A stretch of DNA of 53,459 nt. It comes from a virus. Lineage: Duplodnaviria; Caudoviricetes. The notes below the pieces were generated by a model that saw only the letters and a list, made by a program, of their open reading frames with translations, did no database searches and was not told where the DNA came from. The DNA lies in IMG/VR virus record IMGVR_UViG_3300017987_000115, positions 1 to 53,459 of that record; one strand, written 5' to 3'. Positions 6,591-16,269 of this stretch are shown piece by piece. The translations under genes were made by a program, and so were the position numbers. Numbering within the stretch: the first letter of the stretch is position 1; each line of letters begins with the position of its first letter.

Positions 6591-8375
6591 ATGACGCTTC
6601 ACCTTAAATCCCAAAAGCGTCAGCATAAAAAGCTATTTCTGCCTCGTAAACCCAAACCCAAGCGTAATCTCCGTAACCCATTACTTTTAATTGATCCGAC
6701 CACGTTGAAACATGATCAGCTCATACGGTACACTTCACTACTTCGTGAACATCGTGAACGTCAGGTAGCCAAAAATATTAAACTCTGGGCTATGAACCGT
6801 CGTTCCAACATATCTGAAAAACGTATATATCAATTCGAACCTCGATATCCATATCTCTCAGATATTTACACAGACCGTCACCATCAGTTGGTAGTGAAAA
6901 AGTCCGCTCAGTGTGGAATGTCGGAGTTCATGGTCACACAGGGTATGTGGCTATGCGATCATATGGCTCTCACTGCCTTATACATATTCCCAACGGCAGG
7001 TACGATGCATGATTTCGTTCAGCAGCGAGTTGATCAGGCAATATTGGTATCACCATACTTGCAATCTCGAGTTGGATTCCCTAACAATGACTCTTCCAAA
7101 AAATTCTCACGTGGACTACTCGTCTTTCGAGGTGGCTCCGAAACAAAGCATGTTAAATCAGTGGACGCTGATGCCGTATTCCTTGATGAGGTCGACGAAA
7201 TCGATCCCGAGATCGTATCATTAGCAGAACGTCGCGTAGGTGCCTCGTCTCTTAAGTGGCTTCGAAAGGTCTCAACTCCCTCTTTTCCAGATATGGGAGT
7301 TGATGCCGAGTTCCAAAACTCCACACAGTGTGAGTGGTTTATACGATGTCCCCATTGCTCCACTTTGCAACATATGGTCGGTGACCGTCTCATCAGTGAT
7401 GATCCTCGCCATCCTACCCCATACGTACAGTGCGAGAATCCACGCTGTCACCGACCTCTTAATCGTTTCGCCAAGGGCACTTGGGTTCCTGCTCAACGGG
7501 ACCCAACACTGCCGCATGGTTACCATATATCCAAACTTTTCTCCCCTGATTCTACACTGGAAGAGTTGGTCGCTGCATCCTTACAACTCGAGGAGTACAA
7601 ACGACAAACATATTATAACCAGGATCTGGGAGAAACATACACACCAAAGGGAGCTCGTCTTGACGAGGACATTCTCAATGAGTGCTGTATGCGTGGGTAT
7701 AAACTGTCAGGACGTTTAGATAAGCTTGCTTTCCAAACTCCTGGCCGAATATTCTTGGGAGCTGACGTAGGAACACCGCTGATTCATGTGAGGATATCCG
7801 TCTACTCCCAAGACTTCGAATCTAAACGAGCTCTGCACATTGGAACAGTTCGCTCTTTCCAAGAGCTCACAATCCTTTATAAGAAGTATCGGTGCACAGC
7901 TGGAGTAATAGACGCTCATCCAGAAAAACGGAAGGCTAGAGCTTGGGCTCAGAAGGTACCACACCGTCGGTTTGTTGCGTTGTTCATTGAAAGAGAAAAC
8001 GACGTTAAACCAGTTACAGTTCATCCTAAAGAAAATAGGGTTGATATAAATCGTTCGATGGTCATGGACACAATGACTGTTAGGTATATGTCAAAAAGGG
8101 TCGTCTTGCCTATAGACGCAAAACATATAAAAGGCTTCTACGCTCAGATGAAGTCTCCAGCTCGTGTTAACCGTTTAAACAAAGACGGTGAGACAATTTC
8201 AAAGTGGATTAGAACCAACAAGATCGACCACTACGCAATGGCTGAATGTTACGAAGAGTCTGCAGCCGAAATGGTCAAGCAAAAACTTATCTCAGGCCGC
8301 GATGCGGTCACAAACTCAACACTGTTGGAGCAGATGTTCCAGACTATGGGTAAGAGGGAATTTGAACATGCCTAA
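6591..8375 (+). CDS. terL: terminase large subunit, lambda GpA family
   Basis: VKKSAQCGMSE Walker A, FLDEVDE Walker B, VSTP, CPHC Zn motif, GADVG nuclease motif. Confidence 0.93.
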   Translation: MTLHLKSQKRQHKKLFLPRKPKPKRNLRNPLLLIDPTTLKHDQLIRYTSLLREHRERQVAKNIKLWAMNRRSNISEKRIYQFEPRYPYLSDIYTDRHHQLVVKKSAQCGMSEFMVTQGMWLCDHMALTALYIFPTAGTMHDFVQQRVDQAILVSPYLQSRVGFPNNDSSKKFSRGLLVFRGGSETKHVKSVDADAVFLDEVDEIDPEIVSLAERRVGASSLKWLRKVSTPSFPDMGVDAEFQNSTQCEWFIRCPHCSTLQHMVGDRLISDDPRHPTPYVQCENPRCHRPLNRFAKGTWVPAQRDPTLPHGYHISKLFSPDSTLEELVAASLQLEEYKRQTYYNQDLGETYTPKGARLDEDILNECCMRGYKLSGRLDKLAFQTPGRIFLGADVGTPLIHVRISVYSQDFESKRALHIGTVRSFQELTILYKKYRCTAGVIDAHPEKRKARAWAQKVPHRRFVALFIERENDVKPVTVHPKENRVDINRSMVMDTMTVRYMSKRVVLPIDAKHIKGFYAQMKSPARVNRLNKDGETISKWIRTNKIDHYAMAECYEESAAEMVKQKLISGRDAVTNSTLLEQMFQTMGKREFEHA

Positions 8376-11109
8376 AACAAGTAGAGTTCCGGGGTCGATG
8401 GCTCCGCTAAAGAATCCAATGCTCAACCGTGAGACAGCAATTTATTCTCTCGAGATATGGGACCTAAACAAACTCACGCCCTACAATCCCGACTCTCTGG
8501 TGCGAAAGAAGGGCATGCCTGTCTACCGTGAGATGGTGCAACGTGACGATGCCGTTAAGAGTGCACTGTTTACAAAGAAAGCCTCGCGTATGGCATCGGG
8601 CTGGGATTACTTGCCTCCAGACCCTGACGTTGAACCTCGTGGCGAGGAAATGGTCGCTTTTATAAAGCACAATTTCGAATGGATGAAAGGTACAGACTCT
8701 CAGATGATCTGGGATGTCATGGGTGCATTCGAATTTGGCTTTTCTGTTCTGGAAGAAAACTGGGCTGTTATAAAAGACGGTTCAAAATGGGAAGGAAAGA
8801 TCGGGACGTGGTCCATTAAGTCAAAAGACTCTGCCGACTTTGATCCTAAGATTGACGAATATGGTAATATGACTGGGATCATTCAAGGAAAAGGCACACA
8901 GTATCACCGAGACCTTGACGTTGAGAAGTTTATGTACCATGTAAACTTCTTTGAACGTGGGAACTATTACGGAAATAGCGACCTGCGTCCTGCGTATCGT
9001 CCTTATTATGTTAAGGATATGCTTACACGGTTCATGGGTATCTACTTTGAGAAGTATGCCATGCCGATCGCCATTGGAAAGTATCCTGTAGATCTCGTAT
9101 CTTCCGAAGAACCCAAGAGCGAGGGACAAGGTACAAAGAGTATGGCCGAGGCAGAGCGGGAACGTTTTGAGAAGGTACTCAAAAAGATCGCTACTGCAAC
9201 TGCGATGGTTATACCCAGCGACTATGAAGTTGACTTTGCGGAGTCACGTGGCCGTGGTGAGTCTGGATACTTAAACGCTTTTCGATATTTGGATATTGCG
9301 ATTGCACGAGCGATCTTGCTTCCTGCGCTTGTTACAGGGACGTCTGATACTGGTAAAGGAACGTTGGCTCAGTCACGTACTCACCAAGAGAGTTTCATGA
9401 ATGTGGTCATGATGCTTGCAGATCCTATCGAGACTACAATCAACGAGCAACTAATAAGAAAGCTTATAGATATTAATTTTGATAAACCAAAAGCTTACCC
9501 AAAGTTTAAATTCCGTGACTACGACAAGCAGATCTCGCAAAGGGTAGTTGACATATTTGATAAGTTAATTGCACGAGGTGTCTTGGATGAGTCAGACGCC
9601 AAATGGATTAGAAACCAAATCGGACTTCCTGAAAGACCGGAAGACGCTCCGCCTCCTAACTTCAGGTCTAGAGGCGAGTATGGTCCAGTGTCGACATCTG
9701 GAGGAGAGATCCTCGCTCCGGGTGGAGCTCCTGCAAAAGCTCCTACTCCCAGGCCTCGTCGGACCAAGAGAAGTTCTCCTGCGAAAGAGAAAGAAGAGTT
9801 CGCAGAAACATTAGGTAGAAATAACGGTCCGTATTCTGCAGGTCCTGGAGGAAAGTGCAAGTGCACAAAATGCGGGTATGAAATGTCCCATGATGCAGGT
9901 ACACCATGCACAAAGTTGAAGTGTCCGAAGTGTGGAGGTAAGATGCTTCGGAGCTCTCAATTCTCAGAGCAGCACTGCGATAGCATTGTAACTCTCGAAA
10001 GAGAGGAAGGATGTTATCCTGAAACACGTTCGTTCCTGGAAAACTCCGTTGCTGCCATGATGGAAGCAGAGTGTCCTCCTGAAGACTGGCCTGGAAAGAT
10101 GAATGCAACAGACTACATAGTTCATATCAATGATATATTTGAGTTTGCTGAAAAGACTGGACGAAAGTCAGATGCTGAACGGTTTAAAGCAGACTTAAAT
10201 ATGAAGCCAAGTCGTAAACTTAGTACACCTGAGAAGCGTGTTGATTACAACGGTATTCAAGCTTCGTGGCGTGCACTTATTGAACAGACTTTGGCTACAA
10301 TGACTAACAACATGGCACTTCTAAAAGATCAGATGCTTCCAAAGGTGAGGTCTTTGTATGAGAGAGGCGACGATCAAGCGTTTGATAGTTTGCAAGTTCC
10401 TTCAAAACCGATCTCTACGTTTAAGAATGCAGTAAATCAAATGTTTCTGACAGACTTTGTTCTTGGCTATAATAACTCTATCCAAGAGGTTGAAAAAGCA
10501 ACGGGCAAGGATCTTTCACAGTTTGCGGAGGTCGATGGAATACTCGCAGATCCGGCCGAAGCTCTTCAAGCTCTAACTCTCAAACGTCCTCGTCTTCGCA
10601 GGTTCCTGAAAACTTATTCCAGACGTTCCTTCACCATAGCTGGTGTTGAGAGAGCGAGGATTTTAAATGAGGCAAGACGGGTACTTGAAATCGGAGTTCA
10701 AAGAGGCTACTCTACTGACAGGGTCGTCCGTGAACTTGGAGCAGTGCTTGACAAATATACAGACCGACTTGTCAAGGGAGAGGTCGTCAAGCCAGGACGC
10801 CTTCAAACAATCGTACGTACTAATCTTAGTGAAGCGTTTAATACCGCCAGGCGTATGGCATTCGAAGACCCTGCGATATACCCTTATATAGGAGCGTATC
10901 AATATTCAGCTGTCATAGATCGAAAGACAACTGAGATATGCTTGGATTATGACGGTACGACTCGTCCAACCGATGACGCGATCTGGGATGTCATCTGGCC
11001 ACCTAATCACTTCTCATGTCGTTCAATGGTAGTGGCTTGGATGGAGGACGAGAACTTCACGTTTACAGATTATCCAACGTTGCCTCCACAGGAGGGTTTT
11101 GGAGTATGA
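8368..11109 (+). CDS. portal protein (Mu gp29/DUF935-like) fused to a Zn ribbon and a Mu gpF-like head morphogenesis domain
   Basis: FEFGFSVLE, EKYAMPIAIGKYP, TLAQSRTHQE portal motifs; C-terminal RLQTIVRTN...YSAVID...PPNHFSCRS gpF motif. Confidence 0.88.
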   Translation: MPKTSRVPGSMAPLKNPMLNRETAIYSLEIWDLNKLTPYNPDSLVRKKGMPVYREMVQRDDAVKSALFTKKASRMASGWDYLPPDPDVEPRGEEMVAFIKHNFEWMKGTDSQMIWDVMGAFEFGFSVLEENWAVIKDGSKWEGKIGTWSIKSKDSADFDPKIDEYGNMTGIIQGKGTQYHRDLDVEKFMYHVNFFERGNYYGNSDLRPAYRPYYVKDMLTRFMGIYFEKYAMPIAIGKYPVDLVSSEEPKSEGQGTKSMAEAERERFEKVLKKIATATAMVIPSDYEVDFAESRGRGESGYLNAFRYLDIAIARAILLPALVTGTSDTGKGTLAQSRTHQESFMNVVMMLADPIETTINEQLIRKLIDINFDKPKAYPKFKFRDYDKQISQRVVDIFDKLIARGVLDESDAKWIRNQIGLPERPEDAPPPNFRSRGEYGPVSTSGGEILAPGGAPAKAPTPRPRRTKRSSPAKEKEEFAETLGRNNGPYSAGPGGKCKCTKCGYEMSHDAGTPCTKLKCPKCGGKMLRSSQFSEQHCDSIVTLEREEGCYPETRSFLENSVAAMMEAECPPEDWPGKMNATDYIVHINDIFEFAEKTGRKSDAERFKADLNMKPSRKLSTPEKRVDYNGIQASWRALIEQTLATMTNNMALLKDQMLPKVRSLYERGDDQAFDSLQVPSKPISTFKNAVNQMFLTDFVLGYNNSIQEVEKATGKDLSQFAEVDGILADPAEALQALTLKRPRLRRFLKTYSRRSFTIAGVERARILNEARRVLEIGVQRGYSTDRVVRELGAVLDKYTDRLVKGEVVKPGRLQTIVRTNLSEAFNTARRMAFEDPAIYPYIGAYQYSAVIDRKTTEICLDYDGTTRPTDDAIWDVIWPPNHFSCRSMVVAWMEDENFTFTDYPTLPPQEGFGV

Positions 11110-12860
11110 TTAGAAAACGTGGAAGTATGTGGTATGTTCTTGATTCTACAGGCAAGAAGGTACTTGGAAAGCATAAAACTAAAAAGGAAGCTCTTGCTCA
11201 ACTGAGAGCTGTAGAGGCTTCTAAGCACTCCAAATATGGAGAGCCTTCTGTTGTAAATGTAATAGAATTTGCGGAGGGTACAACTGTGGCTAAAAAGATT
11301 GACGAAACTAGCGATGAGTTTCGATATCGTGTACGACCACCTGGACACTTTAGAGAAGACACGTACCGTCGCAAGGTGATTGACGAAGGAGTGTCAATTG
11401 TTATTGCGAATCTGAAACTTGATAAAGCCAAGAAAGACGAGAAGACGACTTCGATGAAGACCCAGGCTTATAGTTTTGATAAGTCAAAGTTCCCGAAGAA
11501 GTCTGACGTCAGAAAATGGCTTAAGAATACAGGCATTGCAAAGTTTGAGGAAATGTCAGAGGCGGAGGCAGAGTACATTGAAGATAACGACGTCTCACTT
11601 TTCTTCGAAGGTTACAGTGTAATTCCAGAGGTTGAGCTTTTCCATACGGGGAAGTTTGCCATCAGGAACAAGGTTGGTGAAATTGTAGGACACCAAGAGT
11701 TCGATGAAAATGACCTGGACGATGTCGAAAGGAACTATAACGAACTTTCAGATATAATTCATCCGCCGATGAAAACATCGCATGCAGAGGACAATAATGG
11801 GATGCCCGTTGCAGGTTGGGTTGAGAATGTAAAGCGTGTCGGAAAGAAACTGTTTGGTGATATTCGAACCTCCGCCAAGTGGTTTCACGACCAGATCACA
11901 AGCGGTGGTTACCGTAAAAGATCTGCAGAGTTTTACAACAACTTTACCGACGACGACGGAGAGGAACATGGTTTGACTTTGCGTGCGGCCGCTTTTGTAC
12001 CTATTGAACGGTGCAAGGGAATGCCGGATATCGCGTTCGCTGAGCAGATGCCGGATGGAGAAGCTTACGTATTCGAAGAGGAGGTCGAAATGCCTGACGA
12101 CAAGAAAAAGAAAGGCACCGACTCTGAGGAAACCAAGGACGAGGAAGAAAAGAAGTCCGAGGGTACCAAAGAAGAGGAAAAGTCCGAAGACGATAAGTCT
12201 GAAGACAAGGCCGACGAAAAGTCCGAAGGCGACGGCGACAGCAAAGAAGACAAGAAGTCCGACGACGATGAAAAGTCCGAAGATGACAAGTCCGAAGACG
12301 CTGACGAAGAAGATACTTCCGACTTCATGGAATTTCCCGAAGCGAAGAAGTCTGACAAAAAGAGTCCGACAGTTCTGGGATCGTCTCCGACGGTTCCGAA
12401 CGTCACGATTCCCATGGTCAACTTCAACGACAATCGTGAAAAGAAGTTCCTTGTCACGAAGTTCGCCGAAGCCGACGACAATCTGATCGGTGAGCTGGTT
12501 ACGACACGTCGTGACCGTTTCAATCTTCAGCAGAAAGAAGCCAAGAACTTCATTGCTGAAATGAAGAAATCAGGGAAGATGACTCCGGCGCAGGAAAACT
12601 ACGCCATGACGATGTTTTCTCCCCAGATGCAAGGCGTTGTGCTTGCCTTCGGTGAAGGTAAGCAGATGAGTATTGCTGACGTATTCAAAGGATACGTCGA
12701 AGCAGGAAAACAGGTCGTTAACTTCGAGGAAACGGCCGAGCAGAAGTCCCCCGATGGCGGACAGGACTCAGACAAAAAAGACGACGATGTGAAAAATTCC
12801 TTCCAGGCCGGAGCCAAGGTGGCTGACGAGATCATGGCTCCTGAGACGGAAGAGAAGTAA
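11106..12860 (+). CDS. prohead protease/scaffold, Mu gpI-like
   Basis: TSH...PVAGWVENVK...YRKRSAEF protease motifs; acidic linker; scaffold-like C-terminus. Confidence 0.8.
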   Translation: MIRKRGSMWYVLDSTGKKVLGKHKTKKEALAQLRAVEASKHSKYGEPSVVNVIEFAEGTTVAKKIDETSDEFRYRVRPPGHFREDTYRRKVIDEGVSIVIANLKLDKAKKDEKTTSMKTQAYSFDKSKFPKKSDVRKWLKNTGIAKFEEMSEAEAEYIEDNDVSLFFEGYSVIPEVELFHTGKFAIRNKVGEIVGHQEFDENDLDDVERNYNELSDIIHPPMKTSHAEDNNGMPVAGWVENVKRVGKKLFGDIRTSAKWFHDQITSGGYRKRSAEFYNNFTDDDGEEHGLTLRAAAFVPIERCKGMPDIAFAEQMPDGEAYVFEEEVEMPDDKKKKGTDSEETKDEEEKKSEGTKEEEKSEDDKSEDKADEKSEGDGDSKEDKKSDDDEKSEDDKSEDADEEDTSDFMEFPEAKKSDKKSPTVLGSSPTVPNVTIPMVNFNDNREKKFLVTKFAEADDNLIGELVTTRRDRFNLQQKEAKNFIAEMKKSGKMTPAQENYAMTMFSPQMQGVVLAFGEGKQMSIADVFKGYVEAGKQVVNFEETAEQKSPDGGQDSDKKDDDVKNSFQAGAKVADEIMAPETEEK

Positions 12861-12895
12861 CATTGTCGAAAAAAGTGAAAGTGAGGAAATCGTAA

Positions 12896-13264
12896 ATGCC
12901 GAGAATTCCTGGCATTACTACGAAGACCGAAGTTCACGGTGCGTGGGTTGTGCAGGACCACGTCGCAGCGAAGGACGTCGTGCTCATTGGCGACGATACT
13001 ATCTGCGGCACGGACGCTCTTCCCTCGGGCCTTGTGCTCGGACAGATCACCGCTTCTGGCAAATACGGTCCGTATGATGATGGTGCCTCTGACGGTCGCG
13101 AAGATGCGGCAGGTATCATGGTCACGGACTCTGTGTTTGCTGCCACAGCGAACGGTGATCAACTTATCAGCATGGCTGTGCATGCGGTTTGCAAGGAAAG
13201 TGGACTGACAGGTATTAATGCCAATGGCAAGACGGACCTGGCTGCTCACTTTGTCTTCGTGTAA
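12896..13264 (+). CDS. head decoration protein (lambda gpD-like)
   Basis: GLVLGQITASGKYGPYDDGASDG motif; directly upstream of the MCP. Confidence 0.85.
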   Translation: MPRIPGITTKTEVHGAWVVQDHVAAKDVVLIGDDTICGTDALPSGLVLGQITASGKYGPYDDGASDGREDAAGIMVTDSVFAATANGDQLISMAVHAVCKESGLTGINANGKTDLAAHFVFV

Positions 13265-13283
13265 GAAAGGACGGTAGAGTAAG

Positions 13284-14297
13284 ATGGACGACAGAGTTCT
13301 TCAACACACCGTCCTGACTGCGATGGTGGAGAAGTTTCCCCCTCAGGAAATGATGGGTATGGCCATGGCTCCTCGCAAGGCCACCAGCAAGATCAAAGGG
13401 GAAGTGGCGAAGTGGGACGTAAAACGTCGTGGTCGTGACATGGCCACACTGAACACTCCCGGAAGCCCGTCAAAGAAACGTGCCAATATGGTGCATGAGA
13501 CCAAAACGTCTTCGTTTGCGTACATGCGTGAATCGAAGATGGTCACTGCAGAGACCATGTGGTGGCTTCGTGAGGCAGGCAAAGATTTCGTCCAGGCAGG
13601 CGAAAAACGAGTCATGGAAGAGATGGAAGATCTCAATGGCTTTATTGATCGTCGGATGGAGTGGATGATCTGGCAGATGTTCACAGGTGAAATGAAGTAT
13701 GACGTTGATGACGTTACAGACGCTGTTGACGTTGATTATGGAATTCCCTCGGCAAACAAACCAACTGCTGGTACTGACTGGGATGACTTTGCCAATGCAA
13801 CCATCCTGGCCAATCTTCGTGCATGGAAGCGTCTGATTACCCGTGGCGCAAACATGAAACCGACGGATTTGTACATGACAGAGGTCGTGCACAATTTCAT
13901 GATTTCAAACGACGAGATCATTGCCCTTCTTCAAAATACGAAGGGTGACAATATTGTATCCGACGGAGTCATCAAGCGTATCCAGGGCATGAACGTCAAC
14001 GTGTACGACAGTGGTTGGGTTGACGAGTCGACCGGAACATACTATCCGTACATTTCTGACAAGCATATCATCATGCTTGCAAAAGGAAATCCGACTCCCG
14101 GTGGAAAAGCTACAAATGGTCTTTGGGACATTCTCGAAGGTCCGGCACTTGATGTCAAGGCTCGTGGCCGTCCTGGAAAGTTCTCCAAGTCCTGGGAGGA
14201 AGAAGACCCGTCCGGAACGCAGGCTTTGATCGACTGGTACGCACTGCCGGTACTGTACTATCCGGAAGCGGTCGTGTACGCAAGGGTTGATACCTAA
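13284..14297 (+). CDS. major capsid protein (lambda gpE-like)
   Basis: RRMEWM..Q, VDYGIPS, KSWEEEDPSG...ALPVL motifs; 337 aa. Confidence 0.9.
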   Translation: MDDRVLQHTVLTAMVEKFPPQEMMGMAMAPRKATSKIKGEVAKWDVKRRGRDMATLNTPGSPSKKRANMVHETKTSSFAYMRESKMVTAETMWWLREAGKDFVQAGEKRVMEEMEDLNGFIDRRMEWMIWQMFTGEMKYDVDDVTDAVDVDYGIPSANKPTAGTDWDDFANATILANLRAWKRLITRGANMKPTDLYMTEVVHNFMISNDEIIALLQNTKGDNIVSDGVIKRIQGMNVNVYDSGWVDESTGTYYPYISDKHIIMLAKGNPTPGGKATNGLWDILEGPALDVKARGRPGKFSKSWEEEDPSGTQALIDWYALPVLYYPEAVVYARVDT

Positions 14298-14363
14298 GAT
14301 CTCTCTGAGGTATCAGAGAAGTGAAGGGACGCAGGACGTGAAACACATGGGAGTAGCGGTCCA

Positions 14364-14408
14364 ATGGACTCGAGGCTTTTCGGAGTCTCGAGTCCATCCC
14401 TTCCTTTG
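14364..14408 (+). terminator. terminator-like hairpin after the capsid gene
   Basis: ATGGACTCGAGGCT...AGTCTCGAGTCCAT followed by a pyrimidine tract. Confidence 0.65.
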
Positions 14409-14480
14409 TAATATTACTTTTACTTGTTGTGTTTGCAATGTTAATGATATTAGCGTTGAATAAAAACTAGGAGTTTGGAA

Positions 14481-14876
14481 ATGTCAAGGTATGTGAAAGT
14501 CCTGTTGGACGGTCTCACAATCGGAGCGTCAGTATGCATGAAAGACGAGGTCGTGAAAGATCCTCCTGATATCATCTTGGAAATGGCGAAGGATCCGAAG
14601 AACACAAAGGTAAAAGTGGCTTCAGAAAGAGAGGCTCGCAAGGCCGCGTATGTAGTCGACGCAGTGACCACTACCAGAGAAGCTCAAAAAGAAGATCCTA
14701 CCGACCTTACAGTCAAAGATAAGGACGGCGTCAATCATAAGGTGAAAGACGACGACATTTCAGACGATGACGAGAAGCCGAAAAAGAAGAAAAAATCCAA
14801 GGCTTCCAAGAAGAAGGTTGTCAAGAAAAAGAAAGTGATCAAGAAGAAAAAGAAGAAAAGGTCTGACGACGAATAA
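14481..14876 (+). CDS. hypothetical protein with Lys-rich C-terminus
   Basis: AGGAG SD; post-capsid position. Confidence 0.7.
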   Translation: MSRYVKVLLDGLTIGASVCMKDEVVKDPPDIILEMAKDPKNTKVKVASEREARKAAYVVDAVTTTREAQKEDPTDLTVKDKDGVNHKVKDDDISDDDEKPKKKKKSKASKKKVVKKKKVIKKKKKKRSDDE

Positions 14877-14927
14877 CCTTCCAAGAAGCGTGGGCTGAGA
14901 CCCACGGAAAGAAGTAGGTATTTATAA

Positions 14928-15332
14928 ATGTCTCAGTGGTCCGTAAAACAGGTACTTAACAAAGTACTATCAGGTACGACTCTTCGTGTTACGACTGCAG
15001 CAGCTGCAGGTATCACGGTCAAACGTACAGAAGGTACTGGAGCACTTACGGGTCCGCTCCAGGTCCCGTCTAATTGGGCTGTAAAAGCTCGTCCACGTTC
15101 TGTAGGTGTCAATCTGGGAGCGTCTTTAACCGCGACTGTGGAGATATGGTTCAGGTCAAAGACCGGTGCCAGTTATGATCATTTGATGGACTCGTTTACT
15201 GGAACGTTTCAATACTGTCATTGGGACCCTGATAGCGATCTGATTCTTGAGGCAGCTGATGATATTGAAGTCGTTGTGACAGCTGCTAGCGGAACTGGAT
15301 ACGTTACCATCCTTGGAGAGGAGCTGGCGTAA
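14928..15332 (+). CDS. virion structural protein (beta-rich)
   Basis: ORF in the structural operon. Confidence 0.65.
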   Translation: MSQWSVKQVLNKVLSGTTLRVTTAAAAGITVKRTEGTGALTGPLQVPSNWAVKARPRSVGVNLGASLTATVEIWFRSKTGASYDHLMDSFTGTFQYCHWDPDSDLILEAADDIEVVVTAASGTGYVTILGEELA

Positions 15333-16261
15333 TGTCCTTTACAATTGATGGTCAAAGAAAAGACGTCATAGCCAAAGATGACTCTGACTATGTAGCGAAT
15401 ACTGCCGAGCGCCACGTTCAGGATACCGATAACAAGTTGGATGATGGCGGAGCCAACGAAGTTACTGCAGCAAATGCAAAAGACGCGGTTGATAAGAAGC
15501 ATACTCAAGGTACCGACCTTGGGTTGGATACTGGTGGATCAAACCCAATCACAGCAGCTACTGCAAAAACGCACGTTGATACTGTAGCAGGAAATCCACA
15601 TGCGGTAACCAAGGCCGAGGTTTCTCTGGCCAATGTGACAGATGATGCCCAGCTTAAAAGAGCCGCAGGGGACATTGGAACTTTCACTGAAAAGACTGCA
15701 CCGGTTGGAGACGATGAATTACTCCTTGAGGATAGTGCAGATTCAGACAATAAGAAGTCGGTGAAGCTAAAGAACATGCACGAGAAAACGTTGACGTTCT
15801 TTCCTGAATATCCTGGATCGGTCCAGTACGCGTATGGTGGTGGAAATTCTGACGTGGACATCAGTTCGGACCATGACTGGACAAATAGATTTAACTACGT
15901 CTCAGGCACGACGGAAGTTGCCACACCTACGCAAAAGCGTGCTCTTGTGTTCCAGTTCACTCTTCCGGAATGGTTCGAAGATGTTGACACGTCAGAAGCG
16001 GTTTCCTTCTATTACAAAGATGACGGTGGAGGGGTAGGTAATACAGGCTCCCGAATTGTCGTAAAAGACGCAAGTGGAAATACGTTTACAAGTGGTCTCA
16101 AGACTGCGGCAGGATGGACAAAGTATTCAATCTTAAAGTCTGATCTGACGACGGCAAGTTTGTCATTCAGTGCAGGCGATAAGATTACTATTGCTGTCGT
16201 TCTTGAGTGCGATCAGAGCGAGACCGCCGACGTTCGTGAAGTCGTCGTGAAGTTTGCATAG
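15332..16261 (+). CDS. fibre-like virion protein
   Basis: GNPHAVTKAEVSLANV fibre-shaft motif; beta-sandwich-like C-terminus. Confidence 0.65.
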   Translation: MSFTIDGQRKDVIAKDDSDYVANTAERHVQDTDNKLDDGGANEVTAANAKDAVDKKHTQGTDLGLDTGGSNPITAATAKTHVDTVAGNPHAVTKAEVSLANVTDDAQLKRAAGDIGTFTEKTAPVGDDELLLEDSADSDNKKSVKLKNMHEKTLTFFPEYPGSVQYAYGGGNSDVDISSDHDWTNRFNYVSGTTEVATPTQKRALVFQFTLPEWFEDVDTSEAVSFYYKDDGGGVGNTGSRIVVKDASGNTFTSGLKTAAGWTKYSILKSDLTTASLSFSAGDKITIAVVLECDQSETADVREVVVKFA

Positions 16262-16269
16262 GTGCAGCC

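Noticed and set aside
6379-6594. 71-aa ORF between terS and terL
   Set aside because: TTG start without SD, and it overlaps the cos-like signals; probably non-coding.
14889-14906. boxB-like hairpin CGTGGG-CTGAGA-CCCACG
   Set aside because: Single short hairpin with no boxA or antiterminator gene identified.
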